Assembly (NCBI GenBank): GCA_963725865.1
Contig: CAVSAC010000012.1
Location: 1,120,001 to 1,184,000, forward strand
Source of the DNA: Candidatus Eiseniibacteriota bacterium
Lineage (GTDB): Bacteria > Eisenbacteria > RBG-16-71-46
Direction: 5' to 3'
Length of the DNA stretch: 64,000 bases
Notes under the pieces: model-generated
Seen by the model: only the letters and a program-made list of their open reading frames with translations
Databases searched by the model: none
What the model was told of the DNA's origin: nothing
Program-made: the position numbers and the translations under genes
Shown: positions 53,840-61,845 of the stretch, piece after piece
How positions within the stretch are numbered: position 1 is the first letter of the stretch
Layout: each line of letters opens with the position of its first letter

Positions 53840-53950
53840 GCGGGCGGGCGCCGCGCGGCGCGGTCCGCTCGCGCGGGCCGGCGCGCGGTCCGCTCGCGCA
53901 GGCCCGCGCGCGGCTCACGCACGCGACGACGCACCCGCACGGCACGACGC

Positions 53951-53979
53951 TTGCCCGCCTCCCGAGCGCTTGCTAGATT
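53951..53979 (+). promoter_or_regulatory. Sigma70 promoter giving a leaderless purN transcript
   Basis: TTGCCC-17 bp-TAGATT with extended -10 TG, 5 nt before GTG 53985. Confidence 0.55.
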
Positions 53980-53984
53980 GCGGC

Positions 53985-54623
53985 GTGCTCTCCTCCACGC
54001 GCACGCTGGCCGTGCTCGCCTCCGGCCGCGGCAGCAACTTCGAGGCGCTCGCCCAGGCCGCCCGCCGGGGCGCCCTCGGCGGCCGCATCGCGGTGCTCGC
54101 GTGCGACGTCCCCGACGCCGGCGTGCTCGAGCGCGCGCAGCGACTCGACATCGAGGCGCTCACCCTGCCCACCGGCCCGCTCCGCACCCGGCTCGCCGAC
54201 GAGCAGCCATGGATCGACGCGCTGCGCGGGCGCGGCGTGGACACCGTGCTGCTCGCCGGGTTCATGCGCCGGTTGCACGCGCGGTTCCTGACCGCGTTCG
54301 CGGGACGCATCCTCAACCTCCACCCCTCGCTGCTGCCCGCGTTCCCGGGGCTCGACGCGATCCGCCACGCGTGGATCCACGGCGCCCGGGTCACCGGCTG
54401 CACGGTGCACGTGGTGGACGACACCCTGGACGGCGGCCCGATCGTGGCCCAGGCCGCGGTGGCGGTGCGCGACGACGACACGCTGGAGACCCTGGAGGCG
54501 CGCGTCCACGAGGCCGAGCACGCGCTCTACCCCGACGCGGTGCGGCGCTTCCTCACCGAGCCGTTCCGGATCGAGGGCCGCCGGCTCGTGTTCGGCGTCG
54601 CCAGCGAGGCGCGCCATGGCTGA
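53985..54623 (+). CDS. purN: Phosphoribosylglycinamide formyltransferase
   Basis: LASGRGSNF, LAGFMR, LNLHPSLLPAFPG, GCTVHVV, DGGPI. Confidence 0.96.
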   Translation: MLSSTRTLAVLASGRGSNFEALAQAARRGALGGRIAVLACDVPDAGVLERAQRLDIEALTLPTGPLRTRLADEQPWIDALRGRGVDTVLLAGFMRRLHARFLTAFAGRILNLHPSLLPAFPGLDAIRHAWIHGARVTGCTVHVVDDTLDGGPIVAQAAVAVRDDDTLETLEARVHEAEHALYPDAVRRFLTEPFRIEGRRLVFGVASEARHG

Positions 54624-55368
54624 GCGACCGCTGCTCGAAGCGGTGGTGTTCGACGCCGGCGGCACGCTGGTGCGGCTCGACTACGAATGGATGAGCGACG
54701 CGATCGCCGATCTCGGTCGCACCGTGCCGCCGCACGCCCTGCGGCGCGGCGAGATCGCCGGACGGCGCGCCTACGACGCCAGCCGTGGCCAGCCGGGAGC
54801 GCTCGATCCGCAGTTCGCAGCACTCGGCCTGCAGGGCGACACCACCGCGTACTTCGTGGCGATGCTGGCGGCCGCCGGAGTGAAGGAGGCGATGATCGCG
54901 CCGCTGCTCGAGCGCTTCGTGGCGCGCCATCGCGAGCGCGGCCTGTGGACCCGCCCGGCCGAGGGCGCGCGGCGCACGCTCGACGCGCTGCGCGAGGGGC
55001 CTCTGCGGCTCGCGTGCGTCTCGAACTCCGACGGTCGCGCCGATCGCGCGCTCACCGACTGCGGGGTGCGCGACGGCCTCGAGTTCGTGGTCGACTCCCA
55101 GGTGGTCGGGATCGAGAAGCCCGACCCCGGCATCTTCCGGATCGCCCTCGAGCGGCTCGGCGTGCCCGCGGACCGCGCGCTCTACGTGGGCGACCTCCGC
55201 GCCGTCGACGAGGTCGGCGCGCGGGCGGCGGGGATGCACTTCGTGCTGATCGACCCCTGGATGGACTACGGAGCGGACGGCGCGCGCATCGCCGCGATCG
55301 ACGCGCTGCCGGCCTGGCTCGCGGAGCGTTTCACGCTGCCGGCGGACCGCGCCGGCGGCTCGCGATAG
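54616..55368 (+). CDS. HAD-superfamily hydrolase
   Basis: FDAGGTL, VSNSD, EKPDPGIF, YVGD...DEVGA. Confidence 0.9.
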   Translation: MAERPLLEAVVFDAGGTLVRLDYEWMSDAIADLGRTVPPHALRRGEIAGRRAYDASRGQPGALDPQFAALGLQGDTTAYFVAMLAAAGVKEAMIAPLLERFVARHRERGLWTRPAEGARRTLDALREGPLRLACVSNSDGRADRALTDCGVRDGLEFVVDSQVVGIEKPDPGIFRIALERLGVPADRALYVGDLRAVDEVGARAAGMHFVLIDPWMDYGADGARIAAIDALPAWLAERFTLPADRAGGSR

Positions 55369-55471
55369 CACGCCGCGGCGAACCGCGGCCGGTCGCCCGC
55401 GCGGACCCAGCGGCGCCGCGCGGAACACCACCCAGCGCGCCGTCCCGTGAGGCGGCGGAGGAGGAGCACGC

Positions 55472-56410
55472 ATGAGTCCCGGTCCCACGACCATCGCCAT
55501 CCCGGCCGCCTGGCTCGACCCCGCGCGCGCCATGTCGGAGATCGAGGTGCCGGGTGTCCGCCCCTGGCGTCGCGGCAAGGTGCGCGCGGTGTACGAGGCC
55601 GGCCCGGCCCATCTCGTGATCGTCGCCAGCGACCGCCTGTCGGCGTACGACTCGATCCTGCCCACGCCGATCCCGGGCAAGGGCGCGATCCTGTCGAGCA
55701 TCTCCGCGTTCTGGATGCGCACGCTGGCGAGCGCCGCGCCCCACCACCTGGTGAGCGACGACCCGGCCACCTTCCCGGCGCCGTTCGCGGCCGCCGCCGC
55801 CACGCTCGGCGGACGCGCGCAGTACGTGCGGCGCGCCGAGCGCATCGACATCGAGTGCGTGGTGCGTGGGTACCTCACCGGCTCGGGCTGGAAGGAGTAC
55901 CAGCGGAGCGGCACGGTGTGCGGGCTCGCACTGCCGCCTGGATTGCGCGACGGCTCGCGGCTCACGCCCGCGATCTTCACGCCCGCGACCAAGAACGACT
56001 CCGGCCACGACGAGAACATCGCGTTCGAGAGCATGGTGGAGCGGGTGGGCGGCTCGACCGCCGACGCGCTGCGCGCCCGCAGCCTGGCGATCTACGAGGA
56101 GGCGCGCGCCCACGCGTGGGACCGCGCCCTGGTGCTCGCCGACACCAAGTTCGAGTTCGGTCGCGTGGACGGCGCGCTCGCGCTGATCGACGAGGCGCTC
56201 ACGCCCGACTCGTCGCGCTACTGGGACCGCGACGCCTACGAGGCGGGGCGGTTGGAGTCGTTCGACAAGCAGGTCGTGCGCGACTGGCTCGATGCCAGCG
56301 GATGGGACCACGAGCCGCCGGCGCCCGCGTTGCCGGCCGACGTGGTGCGGCGCACCCAGGAGCGCTATCTCGAGGCGATCCGCCGCCTCAGCGGTCCGCG
56401 GACGCGATGA
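55472..56410 (+). CDS. purC: SAICAR synthase
   Basis: GKVRAVY, SDRLSAYD, ECVVRGYL, FTPATK, ADTKFEFG, TPDSSR. Confidence 0.97.
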   Translation: MSPGPTTIAIPAAWLDPARAMSEIEVPGVRPWRRGKVRAVYEAGPAHLVIVASDRLSAYDSILPTPIPGKGAILSSISAFWMRTLASAAPHHLVSDDPATFPAPFAAAAATLGGRAQYVRRAERIDIECVVRGYLTGSGWKEYQRSGTVCGLALPPGLRDGSRLTPAIFTPATKNDSGHDENIAFESMVERVGGSTADALRARSLAIYEEARAHAWDRALVLADTKFEFGRVDGALALIDEALTPDSSRYWDRDAYEAGRLESFDKQVVRDWLDASGWDHEPPAPALPADVVRRTQERYLEAIRRLSGPRTR

Positions 56411-56511
56411 GCCTCGCCCGGGTGCGGCTCCGCGGCGAGATCACCGCCATCCGCGACGCCGGCAACGTGGAGGATCCCGTGGACATCGCATCGACCGGAG
56501 GCGGAGGATGA
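56407..56511 (+). CDS. 34-aa mini-ORF bridging purC and purH
   Basis: ATGA overlaps at both ends; MSLARVRLRGEITAIRDAGNVEDPVDIASTGGGG. Confidence 0.4.
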   Translation: MSLARVRLRGEITAIRDAGNVEDPVDIASTGGGG

Positions 56512-58040
56512 GCTGGCCGCAGGCCGCACTGCTGTCGCTGTCCGACAAGACCGGCGCGGTGCCGTTCGCCCGCGCGCTGGCCGCGCGGGGCACGCGCCTG
56601 CTGGCGAGCGGGGGCACCGCGAAGCAGCTCGCTGACGCCGGGCTCGCGGTCACGCCGCTCGAGGAGTGGACCGGGTTCGGCGAGCTGCTGGGCGGTCGCG
56701 TGAAGACGCTCCACCCGCACGTGCACGGACCGATCCTCGCGCGGCGCGACGTGGCCGCCGATCTCGCGACGCTGTCGGAGCGGGGGCTGGTCCCGATCGA
56801 CCTGGTGGCGGTCTCGCTCTACCCGTTCGAGGAGCGCGGGGTGACGCTCGACGATGCCGGCATGATCGAGGAGATCGACATCGGCGGCGTGGCACTGCTG
56901 CGAGCCGCGGCCAAGAACCACGCCGGCGTGATCGTGGTGCACGACCCGTCGCAGTACGCCGAGGTACTGAGCGCGCTCGAAGCGGGCGGCCCGAGTCTCG
57001 AGCAGCGCCGCGCATGGGCCGTACGCGCGTTCGCGCGGACCGCGCGCTACGACGCCGCGATCGCGGCCGAGCTGGCCCGGCGCGCCGCCGGCGCGGACGC
57101 GCCTCCGGTGCACGTGGTCGCGCTGGAGCGCGCCCGCACGCTGCGCTACGGCGAGAACCCGCATCAGAGCGCGGCGCTCTACGCGCCGGCCGGCCGCGCC
57201 GCAGCGCTGGAGGCCTGGCGGGAGGGCAAGGAGCTCTCGTACAACAACCTGCTCGACCTCGAGGCCGCGGTCGAGCTGGTCGCGCGCTTCGAGGCCCCCG
57301 CGTGTGTGATCGTGAAGCACAACCAGCCGTGCGGCGTCGCCTGCGCCGCGACGCCGACCGAGGCGTACGACCTGGCGCTGCGTTCCGACGAGCAGTCGGC
57401 GTTCGGAGGCATCGTGGCGTTCAACCGGTCGCTCGACGGGACCACCGCCGAGCACCTGGCGAAGCTGTTCGTGGAGTGCGTCGCGGCCCCCGCGTTCGAG
57501 CCCGCGGCCGATGAGGCGCTGCGCTCCAAGAAGAACCTGCGGATCGTGCGGCTGACCGCCGCCGAGCTCGCGAGCGGCGAGCCGTGGCGGGTCCGCTTCG
57601 TGGGGCCGTGGGGATTGCTGCAACGCGAGTCCGCCGACCCGCCGCCGGATTGGAGGCTGGTGACCGAGCGCGCCCCGGAGCCCGAGGAGCTGCGCGCCCT
57701 GCGCTTCGCGTGGGAGGTGGCGGCCGCCGCGCGCTCGAACGCGATCGCGCTCGCCCGCGGCACCTGGCTGGTGGGGCTGGGGTCGGGGCAGACCTCGCGC
57801 GTGGACGCGGTGGACGTCGCGCTCATGAAGGCCCGGCGCGCCGGGCACGACCTGAGCGGCGCGGTGCTGGCGAGTGACGGGTTCTTCCCGTTCGCCGACA
57901 ACATCGAGCACGCCGCCGAGGCGGGGATCACCGCGGTCGTGCAGCCCGGCGGTTCGGTGCGGGACAACGAGGTCATCGACGCCTGCGAGCGGCTCGAGAT
58001 CGCCATGATGTTCACCGATCGAAGGACGTTCCGGCACTAG
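56508..58040 (+). CDS. purH: Bifunctional AICAR formyltransferase / IMP cyclohydrolase
   Basis: ALLSLSDKTG, GGRVKTLHP, IDIGG, LRYGENPHQ, KHNQPCG, SDGFFPF, RTFRH. Confidence 0.97.
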   Translation: MSWPQAALLSLSDKTGAVPFARALAARGTRLLASGGTAKQLADAGLAVTPLEEWTGFGELLGGRVKTLHPHVHGPILARRDVAADLATLSERGLVPIDLVAVSLYPFEERGVTLDDAGMIEEIDIGGVALLRAAAKNHAGVIVVHDPSQYAEVLSALEAGGPSLEQRRAWAVRAFARTARYDAAIAAELARRAAGADAPPVHVVALERARTLRYGENPHQSAALYAPAGRAAALEAWREGKELSYNNLLDLEAAVELVARFEAPACVIVKHNQPCGVACAATPTEAYDLALRSDEQSAFGGIVAFNRSLDGTTAEHLAKLFVECVAAPAFEPAADEALRSKKNLRIVRLTAAELASGEPWRVRFVGPWGLLQRESADPPPDWRLVTERAPEPEELRALRFAWEVAAAARSNAIALARGTWLVGLGSGQTSRVDAVDVALMKARRAGHDLSGAVLASDGFFPFADNIEHAAEAGITAVVQPGGSVRDNEVIDACERLEIAMMFTDRRTFRH

Positions 58041-58236
58041 GATTGGGTTATCATCTGCGGGCCCGCTCCGGCGACGGGGCGGCGGTGGACCCAAGGTGGG
58101 GACCCCGGGCGCGGTCGCGAGTCCGCCCCGGATGGCATGCGCACCCGCGGATGCGCGCACGAACGAACCACGTCCCCCCCCGGGCGGCGGTCAGCATCTC
58201 GGATCCTCGGCACCCGACCCGGACTGGAACCATCCC

Positions 58237-60123
58237 GTGAAGCGCCCCTTCGGTCTCCCCACCGCGGCGGTGGGGCACACGCTCCTCCCGTGGTCCCTCG
58301 CCCTGCTGATGTGCTGGGCGGGTGCCGCCGCGGCGTTCATCCCGTGCGCGAACGTGACGCCGGCCGGGGGGTCCGCCGGCGACTTCACGATCGTGAAGCG
58401 CGCGAGCGTCTACCACGTGTTCCACACCCTGCGCTCCGGCGACGAGGTCAACTGCCTGGGCCACGAGACGTCGACCGACCTGTACCACTGGACCACCCGC
58501 GCCGACGTCCTCATCGGCACCCAGGCGAGCGCGCCCGGCACCCCCGACGGACGCAACGGGTGGAACCGCGACCTGGTGTGGGCGCCGTCGATCGTGCTGA
58601 GCAACGGGACCTACTACATGTTCTACACCGGAGGGCGCCGGCGACCGAGCGCGTCGAGCTGCCCGGGGCAGATTTACCAGGAGCTGGGCGTGGCCACCTC
58701 CACGGATCTCTACACGTGGCGGCTGGAGCTCGATCCGTGGCTCGTCCCGGGCAAGGTGCCGTGGGCGCTCCAGGACACCTGCAGCTACGACTTCGGGAAC
58801 TTCCGCGATCCGTTCGTGACGCGCGACCCGGCCACCGGCGGCTGGTTGATGTACTACACCACCATCCCGAGCGCCGCCGCCGTCGCGGCGAACGTGGGGT
58901 GCACGAGCGCCTGCTCCGGCGGCTGCGGGTACTCGTCGTCGCGCTTCGTGCTCGGGGTGGCCCGCGCTCCGTCGGGCTTCACCCACGCGGCGGACTGGAC
59001 CGACCTCAAGCCGCTCTGGCAGACGTACCAGACGTATCCGGGGAGCGCCTGCTACCGGACGTGGGAGTCGCCGCACGTGTTCAAGCGGACCTGGAACGGC
59101 TCCGACCTCTGGTACCTGCTCGCGAGCGCTGGCACTGGCCTCTATGCCACCGACCTCGTCATCATGACCAGCGCGGTCGCGCCGACCGCCGACCCCTCGG
59201 CGTGGACGTTCCGCGGCCGCCTCGACGAGCAGCACATCTGCGATCCGTACGGCAACCAGCTGGCCCTCTACGAGAGCTACGGGTGGGTCGCGAGCGAGTA
59301 CTTCCAGGACCCCGACGACGGCCGCGAGTACCTCGCGAACTGCACCGGCTACCCGATCCAGATCCGCCAGATCCTCTGGCGGTCGAGCGGCGATGGCTTC
59401 GATCTGGTGGAGCCGTTCCACGTGCTGGCGGTGACGCCGGACCGGTCGTCGGCGATCAGCGGCACGACCGTGAATCTCACGTTCAGCGGGCGCAACTGCG
59501 TGGATGCGATCGGGCCGCGCACCGTGCCGATCGAGGTGGTGCGCCTGGACGAGGACGGCAACCCGCTCGGCCTCGTCCCGACCAGCGCGATCGGGCTGCC
59601 GGCCACCGTGACGCTGACCGAGGACCAGACGGTCCTGCGCTGGGCCTGTCGCGAGTGGCCGCTCGGGCACGTCCTCAACCTGCGCGTCCGCCTCAAGGAC
59701 AAGAGCACCGGGATCAGCAGCCCGATCATCACCGTGAGGCCGGTGGCCGGCGGCGGCGGCCGCCGCCCGCGGATGCTCCCCGACGGCGTGGCCGCGGACC
59801 CGGGCGTGGAGCGCGAGACGGACGCCGCACCCGCGGCGCCGGAGTTCGGGCTGCGCGTGCAGGGCGCCGCCTCGGCGGCGGACGGTGTGGACCTGCGGAT
59901 CGAGCTGCCCGCGGCGCAGCGCGCGCGGCTCGATGTCTACGACCTCGGCGGCCGCCGGGTCCGCGAGCTCGCGGCGCGCGTCCTGCCGGCGGGCCCGAGC
60001 GTGATGCACTGGGACCTGAACGGCGCCGACGGCCGCCGGGCGGCCGCGGGCGTGTACTTCGCGCGGCTCGTCACCGCGGAGGACGCGCGCACCGCGCGGA
60101 TCGTGGTGCCGTCCGGGCGCTGA
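58237..60123 (+). CDS. Secreted five-bladed beta-propeller glycoside hydrolase (GH32/GH43-like) with FlgD/T9SS-like CTD
   Basis: Signal peptide; GHETSTDLYHW, WAPSIV, FRDPFV, WESPHVF; VYDLGGRRVR...WDL..ADGRRAAAGVYFARL. Confidence 0.75.
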   Translation: MKRPFGLPTAAVGHTLLPWSLALLMCWAGAAAAFIPCANVTPAGGSAGDFTIVKRASVYHVFHTLRSGDEVNCLGHETSTDLYHWTTRADVLIGTQASAPGTPDGRNGWNRDLVWAPSIVLSNGTYYMFYTGGRRRPSASSCPGQIYQELGVATSTDLYTWRLELDPWLVPGKVPWALQDTCSYDFGNFRDPFVTRDPATGGWLMYYTTIPSAAAVAANVGCTSACSGGCGYSSSRFVLGVARAPSGFTHAADWTDLKPLWQTYQTYPGSACYRTWESPHVFKRTWNGSDLWYLLASAGTGLYATDLVIMTSAVAPTADPSAWTFRGRLDEQHICDPYGNQLALYESYGWVASEYFQDPDDGREYLANCTGYPIQIRQILWRSSGDGFDLVEPFHVLAVTPDRSSAISGTTVNLTFSGRNCVDAIGPRTVPIEVVRLDEDGNPLGLVPTSAIGLPATVTLTEDQTVLRWACREWPLGHVLNLRVRLKDKSTGISSPIITVRPVAGGGGRRPRMLPDGVAADPGVERETDAAPAAPEFGLRVQGAASAADGVDLRIELPAAQRARLDVYDLGGRRVRELAARVLPAGPSVMHWDLNGADGRRAAAGVYFARLVTAEDARTARIVVPSGR

Positions 60124-60303
60124 GCGGCTCGCCGTCCGGGCCTCCGCGCGCCCGGGTTGATGCGCGGTCGCCCGCCGGTGCACACTGCCGCGCGACATCT
60201 GCTTCCGCGCGATCGTGTGGTTCCGTCGAGGACCGCGCGCGTCCGTCGGAGCCCCAAGCGCGCACTCGCACGATCCGGTCGGACAGGAGGGACCCCGCCG
60301 CCC

Positions 60304-61845
60304 ATGCCCCGTGAGCTCGTCCTCATCCTCGATTTCGGCTCGCAGTACACGCAGCTGATCGCGCGCCGGGTGCGCGAGCTCGGGGTGTTCTCCGAGGTGG
60401 TGCGCGGCGACACGCCGCTCGCGGAGATCCGGAGCCGCAAGCCGAGCGCGCTGATCCTCTCGGGCTCGCCGGCGTCGGGCTATCGCAGCGCCGCGCCGCT
60501 GCCGGATCCCGGGATCTACGGGCTCCGCAAGCCGCTGCTCGGCATCTGCTACGGCTTCCACGTCACCGCGCACCTGACGGGCGGCGTGCTGGCGAAGGCC
60601 GAGCGCGCGGAGTACGGCACGGCCACGTTCGTGCAGGACCGCAGGTCCCCGCTGTTCGCGGGGGTGCCCAAGCGGTTCCGCGCGTGGATGAGCCATGGCG
60701 ACGAGGTGCAGGCGATGGGCGAGGGTTGGCAGCGGATCGCCCACACCTCCAATTGCGCGTTCGCGGCGGCGCAGCACGCGACGCAGCCGTTCTTCCTGAT
60801 CCAGTTCCATCCGGAGGTCGTGCACTCGCCGTATGGCCGCCAGGTGCTGCACAACTTCCTGTTCCGCATCGCGCGCCTGAAGGGCGGCTGGAGCATGAAG
60901 GGATTCATCCGGCAGTCGATCGCCGACCTGCGCGCGCAGGTCGGACCCGCGGGCCGCGTGCTGCTCGGGCTCTCGGGTGGCGTCGACTCGACCGTGGCGG
61001 CCACGTTGCTCCATCGCGCCATCGGGCCGCGGCTCAAGTGCGTGCTCGTGAACCACGGCCTGCTGCGCGAGGGCGAGGCCGAGGAAGTCGCGCTCGAGCT
61101 GGGGGGCAAGCGCCGCCTCGACCTGACGGTGGTCGATGCGCAGCGGCGATTCCTCGACCGGCTCGCGGGCGTCACCGAGCCGGAGCAGAAGCGCAAGCTC
61201 ATTGGCGCCGAATTCATCTCGGTGTTCGAGGAGGAGGCGAGGAAGCACGGACCGGTCGAGTTCCTCGGCCAGGGCACCCTCTACCCGGACGTGATCGAGA
61301 GCGCCTCCGCGGGCTGGGGTGCGCAGGTGATCAAGTCGCACCACAACGTCGGCGGGCTGCCCGAGCAGATGCACCTCAAGCTGGTGGAGCCGCTGCGCTG
61401 GCTGTTCAAGGACGAGGTGCGGGCACTCGGCCGCGAGCTGGGACTGCCGCCCCATCTGGTCGACCGCCATCCGTTCCCGGGCCCCGGGCTCGCGGTGCGC
61501 ACGCTGGGAGCGGTGAACGAGCCCGACCTCGCGCTGCTGCGCCGTGCCGACGCCATCTTCATCGAGGAGCTGCGGCGCGCGAAGTGGTACGGGCGCACCT
61601 GGCAGGCGTTCGCGGTGCTGCTGCCGGTGCAGACGGTGGGCGTGAAGGGGGACGAGCGCTCGTACGAGAAGGTGATCGCGCTGCGCGCGGTGGATTCCAG
61701 CGACGGCATGACCGCCGACTGGACGCGCCTGCCCGCGTCGCTGCTGGAGCGCGCCGCGAGCCGCATCGCGAACGAGGTGCGGGGCGTGAACCGCGTGGTC
61801 TACGACGTGACCAGCAAGCCGCCGGCGACCATCGAGTGGGAGTGA
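60304..61845 (+). CDS. guaA: GMP synthase (glutamine-hydrolysing)
   Basis: ILDFGSQY, GICYG, QFHPEV, LSGGVDS, IKSHHNVGG, RHPFPGPGL, KPPATIEWE. Confidence 0.98.
   Translation: MPRELVLILDFGSQYTQLIARRVRELGVFSEVVRGDTPLAEIRSRKPSALILSGSPASGYRSAAPLPDPGIYGLRKPLLGICYGFHVTAHLTGGVLAKAERAEYGTATFVQDRRSPLFAGVPKRFRAWMSHGDEVQAMGEGWQRIAHTSNCAFAAAQHATQPFFLIQFHPEVVHSPYGRQVLHNFLFRIARLKGGWSMKGFIRQSIADLRAQVGPAGRVLLGLSGGVDSTVAATLLHRAIGPRLKCVLVNHGLLREGEAEEVALELGGKRRLDLTVVDAQRRFLDRLAGVTEPEQKRKLIGAEFISVFEEEARKHGPVEFLGQGTLYPDVIESASAGWGAQVIKSHHNVGGLPEQMHLKLVEPLRWLFKDEVRALGRELGLPPHLVDRHPFPGPGLAVRTLGAVNEPDLALLRRADAIFIEELRRAKWYGRTWQAFAVLLPVQTVGVKGDERSYEKVIALRAVDSSDGMTADWTRLPASLLERAASRIANEVRGVNRVVYDVTSKPPATIEWE

Noticed and set aside
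53855..53900. Direct repeat GCGCGGTCCGCTCGCGC, two copies, between comEC and purN
   Set aside because: Only two GC-rich copies; likely a local duplication with no functional evidence.
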